This document shows, piece after piece, positions 61,601 through 64,000 of a stretch of DNA of 64,000 bases. The notes under the pieces are model-generated. The model searched no databases and was not told the origin of the DNA. It worked only from the letters and a program-made list of their open reading frames with translations. This stretch comes from Mytilus edulis (lineage: Eukaryota). Location of the stretch: assembly GCF_963676685.1 (NCBI RefSeq), contig NC_092345.1:106144001-106208000 (forward strand), read 5' to 3'. Each line of letters opens with the position of its first letter. The first letter of the stretch is position 1. Position numbers and translations under genes: made by a program.

Positions 61601-62636
61601 TTTGGTTTCAGTTCTTGTTTAACCCAGTCATAAATAGGGAGGTTGAAATCTCCAAGTAGCCAGATATTACTGTGTGTTGGTATTCTTTGTAATGATCTGC
61701 TTAGTTCAGCGACACTTTCAGTGTCGTTTTCCTGTGGTTTATAATAAGCCCCAATGTAGATTGATTTTACTCCAATTATATCTACTTTTGCCCATAGTAA
61801 TTCACAATTTGTGTCTAGTTCTGGTTGTTCTGATGACAAGATATCAACTGATATTGCTAAGAAGACACCCCCTCCTTTACGACCCGTCCGGTCTTTACGA
61901 TAAATACAGAACAAGTCTTTAGGGAAGATTTCGGAGTTACATATATCTGGCGTAAGCCAGGATTCTGTACCTACTATAATGTCTGGTTTGACTTGGTCAA
62001 TTACTTGGTGGAGGTCAGCTACTTTTGATTTTATCGACTGACAGTTTATATTTAATATTGTGAGACGTTTGTTAGCCTTTTTTGCTGTTGTTTTAGGCTT
62101 TTTGGTTGTTTTGAGAATGGGTTTTGGAGATGATGTTGCTTGAGGTGGGTCTAAAATCTCAGAGCATGATGATGCGTCTAGGTTTAGAGAGTCAAAAATG
62201 TTTGTGTCCGACAATGTGTCGAGTGATTCAAAAAGTCCGCCTGAGTAGTTGGGTAGTGCACAGCGAAGACAATACCAAATGTGTTTACTGTCTGATAACA
62301 TGTTATATGTCTCATTTCCTACTCCTTGACATCCCATATTAATGCTACTGAACATCAGCAAGAATGGTATAAATCTGGTTCATATAAAAGAACTCCCTAT
62401 CAATATAGAATAGTAAGACATGAATCATGAACTGAAGCAAATAAAATTATGTGTGGTATGAGATTTTTGACTAGGAGCATATCTGTACTAATGGTGAATC
62501 ACCTGACAAGGCTTCGATCCTGTACAAGTCTTTGAAATCGCTTGTTGACTTTACTTAAAATACAAAGCCTTCCTGAGCTTAAATGTGAGAAAATCAACAA
62601 AATAATGTCATCTGGAAGGATCTGAAAATTATCCAT
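46673..62636 (-). CDS. FBXL18: F-box/leucine-rich repeat protein 18-like (~709 aa)
   Basis: Exons (minus strand): 62636-62503 (F-box LPDDIILLIFSHL...VNKRFQRLV), 56557-55627, 53713-53581, 53137-52998, 51844-51669, 51058-50973, 50166-50013, 48850-48715, 48404-48322, 46829-46673. GT-AG introns, phases consistent, total 2130 nt. Cys-containing LRRs (LENLDLSN, CPNIHSLNL, CNQLSHINLSG). The C-terminus RPALSLAIWPL...IPRKHLEEMTIFNSRICQQPPNFNW matches my recollection of the FBXL18 C-terminus (...PPNLWW). Confidence 0.85.
47205..47430. repeat. 34-36-bp tandem repeat related to 48066-48322
   Basis: TTATCACAATAACTAGTTACATATTTAAGGAAAA x3, then a segment duplicated at ~48080-48190. Confidence 0.75.
48066..48322. 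repeat. ~36-bp tandem repeat abutting the FBXL18 exon-9 donor
   Basis: TACCTACT(A/T)ACCTATGTAAGGGAGATAATCACAATA units; the last one contains the true donor (TACCTACTTACCTG). Confidence 0.75.
49140..50097. repeat. 152-bp tandem array built from the 3' half of FBXL18 exon 7 plus its donor
   Basis: Donor motif (TT/TA)ACCTAAAATC at ~49148, 49250, 49401, 49553, 49705, 49857 and the true one at 50009. Confidence 0.92.
54540..55330 (-). pseudogene. Decayed L1/Tx1-like LINE 3' fragment in FBXL18 intron 2
   Basis: ORF 54900-55247 carries W..IY.....CTIESKLQAFQYKLLHRI, a zf-RVT-type motif, followed by frameshifted C..C/ETIEH sequence. Confidence 0.7.
59089..62325 (-). mobile_element. Young, 5'-truncated non-LTR retrotransposon (CR1-group LINE) in FBXL18 intron 1
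   Basis: Uninterrupted ORF containing a partial PHD-like finger (WYCLRC), an APE endonuclease (NINCQS, GTESWL, GDFN, SDHD) and an RT (NYRPISLT, DFSKAFD, GVPQGSVLGP, FADD). 3' tail of (ATGTAG)n at ~59089-59108. The direct repeat TTGACATCC at 59080-59088 and 62326-62334 is a candidate TSD. Confidence 0.9.
59251..62361 (-). CDS. LINE ORF2-type protein: APE endonuclease + reverse transcriptase (1036-aa open frame)
   Basis: ORF track 59251..62361 with all EN and RT motifs and no stops. The first ~10 codons lie in flanking host DNA beyond the candidate TSD. Confidence 0.88.
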   Translation of the reverse strand: MLMFSSINMGCQGVGNETYNMLSDSKHIWYCLRCALPNYSGGLFESLDTLSDTNIFDSLNLDASSCSEILDPPQATSSPKPILKTTKKPKTTAKKANKRLTILNINCQSIKSKVADLHQVIDQVKPDIIVGTESWLTPDICNSEIFPKDLFCIYRKDRTGRKGGGVFLAISVDILSSEQPELDTNCELLWAKVDIIGVKSIYIGAYYKPQENDTESVAELSRSLQRIPTHSNIWLLGDFNLPIYDWVKQELKPNCKFTNTYNNFFDIMNDHNLEQVVHIPTRQENTLDLFYINQPSLVQNIKTLPSLGTSDHDIVFHEMNITMGRKKKTPRKISQYKKADWDKIRIEVKKFKDEYFSLTLTNNTTEEKWTLIKNKIQEITDKNIPSKIMKQKQDIPWLTPEIKRLIRKRDRIHKKIKATKSEKKSDTIKKHRSLKHQVQQKLRTSYWNYIENIIIEDSKLKDSKPSKKFWSFIKNQKSENMGVSPLKVNGITKTNPQDQAEALNHQFHSAFTTPKPLKLSHICELKSLKSETHKFEMKQINITPEGTSKLLKNLNPSKAIGPDKISPHFLKEVHHEISPIISDLFNSSVNTGTVPNDWREALVTPVFKKGAKSKPENYRPISLTCILSKSLEHIIVSSIMKHLDIHDLLYPLQHGFRSKVSCETQLLTFTQQILDYMANGKQTDVVVMDFSKAFDKVDHQRLILKLKRMGINNKTTNWIEAWLSHRSQKVVVDSRTSNSCPVLSGVPQGSVLGPCLFLIYINDMPDNLKSNVRLFADDTIVYLTISSLDDCHTLQSDLHKLEQWEQEWLMSFNPDKCEIIHITRKHKPIIYNYTLHNHILKSTNKAKYLGVSITKDLTWNSHINDITNKANASLRFIKRNVKTNSIKTKELAYKTYVRPKIEYCSVVWDPWQKQQINKIEMVQRRAARYTLNQYSYQSSVTAMLEHLRWPTLQQRRNLASVTMLYKIQHQLVSIPVNTYLIPSKEHKFIQPFSPTNYHLYSFFPRTIRLWNSLPYQVACSPDLEAFKSGAKPHMYC

Positions 62637-62929
62637 CGCCGTCCATTCGGAAAAAAAATTGATAAGTTCCGAGTGACCAATCAATAAACCCCAAAGTCAA
62701 GTCGGGAAGGTAATGTTGAGCAATACGGAAAGGGCGTATTCGAATACGAAAAATAAAAATCACAAAAATACTATCACTGAACGCCAAGAAATATCAAAAC
62801 GGAAAGTCCTTAATCAAAAGCTCAAAAACATCAAACCAATGGATGACAACTGTCATATTCCTTTAAATCAAATTTTGGCTGTGAAAAATATCTTAATATT
62901 GTTAAAAAATTTGAACGGATAGACGGAGT

Positions 62930-63215
62930 CTAACAATGATTTCGCATATCTGCTCACCATTTACTTGTAACATGTTATAGAGAGAGGTAGATATAGTGAT
63001 ACTCCCCGACACAATAGAATTTGTAAGAGATGTTGTAGTAATGAGGTCGAAGATGAAACACATTTTCTTTTCAACTGTGATAGTTTATCGGACCAAAGGA
63101 AAGACATGATAACAATGATAAATAATTGCTGCAAGAATTTTAAAAATCTTGACCCTATAAACCAAAAACTGATATGGTTAATGAATAATGAAGATGAGAA
63201 CTTATTATCAGAATA
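62930..63215 (+). pseudogene. Short LINE C-terminal fragment
   Basis: The plus strand encodes a degraded FRISAH...ERGRY...NRICKRC...EVEDETHFLFNC, the same motif class as 35750-36106. Confidence 0.55.
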
Positions 63216-64000
63216 ATGCATGAGGGTTTGGATGGGGGTTAAATGATTAAAGAATAATGCCCTTAAAAATGAAGATTAGAGAATAATGGGCAAAAAAATG
63301 AAGATTAGAGAAATGCGTGGTCTAATTTTTTGAAGATTAGAGAAAAAAGGGGTTAATTTTTTGAAGATTAGAGAAAAAAGAGGTGAAAATTAAATGTTTA
63401 CAGAATAACAGAATTACATGCATGTTCAATAAGAAATATGAAAAGTTTTAATGGCATTTATCTCCCTCTACTACTTGTAATTTGAACTTTATATTTCTCT
63501 ATAGTGAGTTCTAGAGCACCGTCCCTTGATGAATATTGCCTAGTAGCAATGTCAACCCTTGCTGCTGTGCATTAGTCATGATGAGAATCACTATTGGAGT
63601 AATCTCATATCTGTAGCTAGTTCTGAAGGATCTCCCCTTAATGACCTGTGCATTGTTGTGATGCAAAGGTTCCTCACTGCTGTGCACTGGTCATGAGGAG
63701 AACTACTGCAGAATAAGATACTATATTTCTGGTTCTATTTTTACTTTTTTTTGTTTCCCTATTAATAAACTTTATATCATATTCTTTTAATATTAAATCG
63801 GCCTCATTACACTCAATGCCTCTTACCATAGTTATATCCTACATTGCTTATATTATCACTTTACATATGCAACTATTCCAGTCATAATTAGGTTCGATAA
63901 CTCTGTATGTGACTGGTTTAATTATGGTTATGTAAAATGTACTGGTTACCCAAGTAATAATTTCAAAATATATATATATAGATATTGCATCTTTGTTTCA

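Noticed and set aside
59524-62342. Several plus-strand ORFs
   Set aside because: They are antisense shadows of the LINE ORF.

Overview
AT-rich, intron-rich eukaryotic (animal) genomic DNA. The repeat landscape and gene style look like a bivalve mollusc such as Mytilus, which is an inference. Three complete spliced genes could be assembled by hand from GT-AG sites with consistent intron phases, plus one partial gene. (1) The first coding exon of a calpain-like paralog (-, 924-1163) runs off the left edge. (2) A 16-exon, ~885-aa atypical calpain (-, 6846-20350) has an N-terminal MGC acylation motif, a Pro-rich region, a CysPc core with an intact Cys/His/Asn triad, two tandem domain-III (CBSW/C2-like) modules and no penta-EF-hand. 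(3) A 2-exon unorthodox aquaporin of the AQP11/12 type (+, 38695-41629). (4) A 10-exon FBXL18-like F-box/LRR gene (-, 46673-62636), whose first intron holds a young, 5'-truncated CR1-group LINE with an uninterrupted endonuclease-RT ORF. The rest is MITEs (Harbinger-, hAT5- and Transib-like by termini and TSD), Helentron/pearl-like repeats, decayed LINE pieces and minisatellites. The most notable observations are: repeated local tandem duplications that copy splice sites (7 cases in 2 genes); the doubled-CBSW, acylated calpain pair; a phase-compatible cryptic acceptor that could fuse the F-box exon to the LINE EN-RT ORF; and a Transib-like MITE with RSS-heptamer-like ends. There are no prokaryotic features, and no rRNA, tRNA or CRISPR array was seen. 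Repeat boundaries are approximate.
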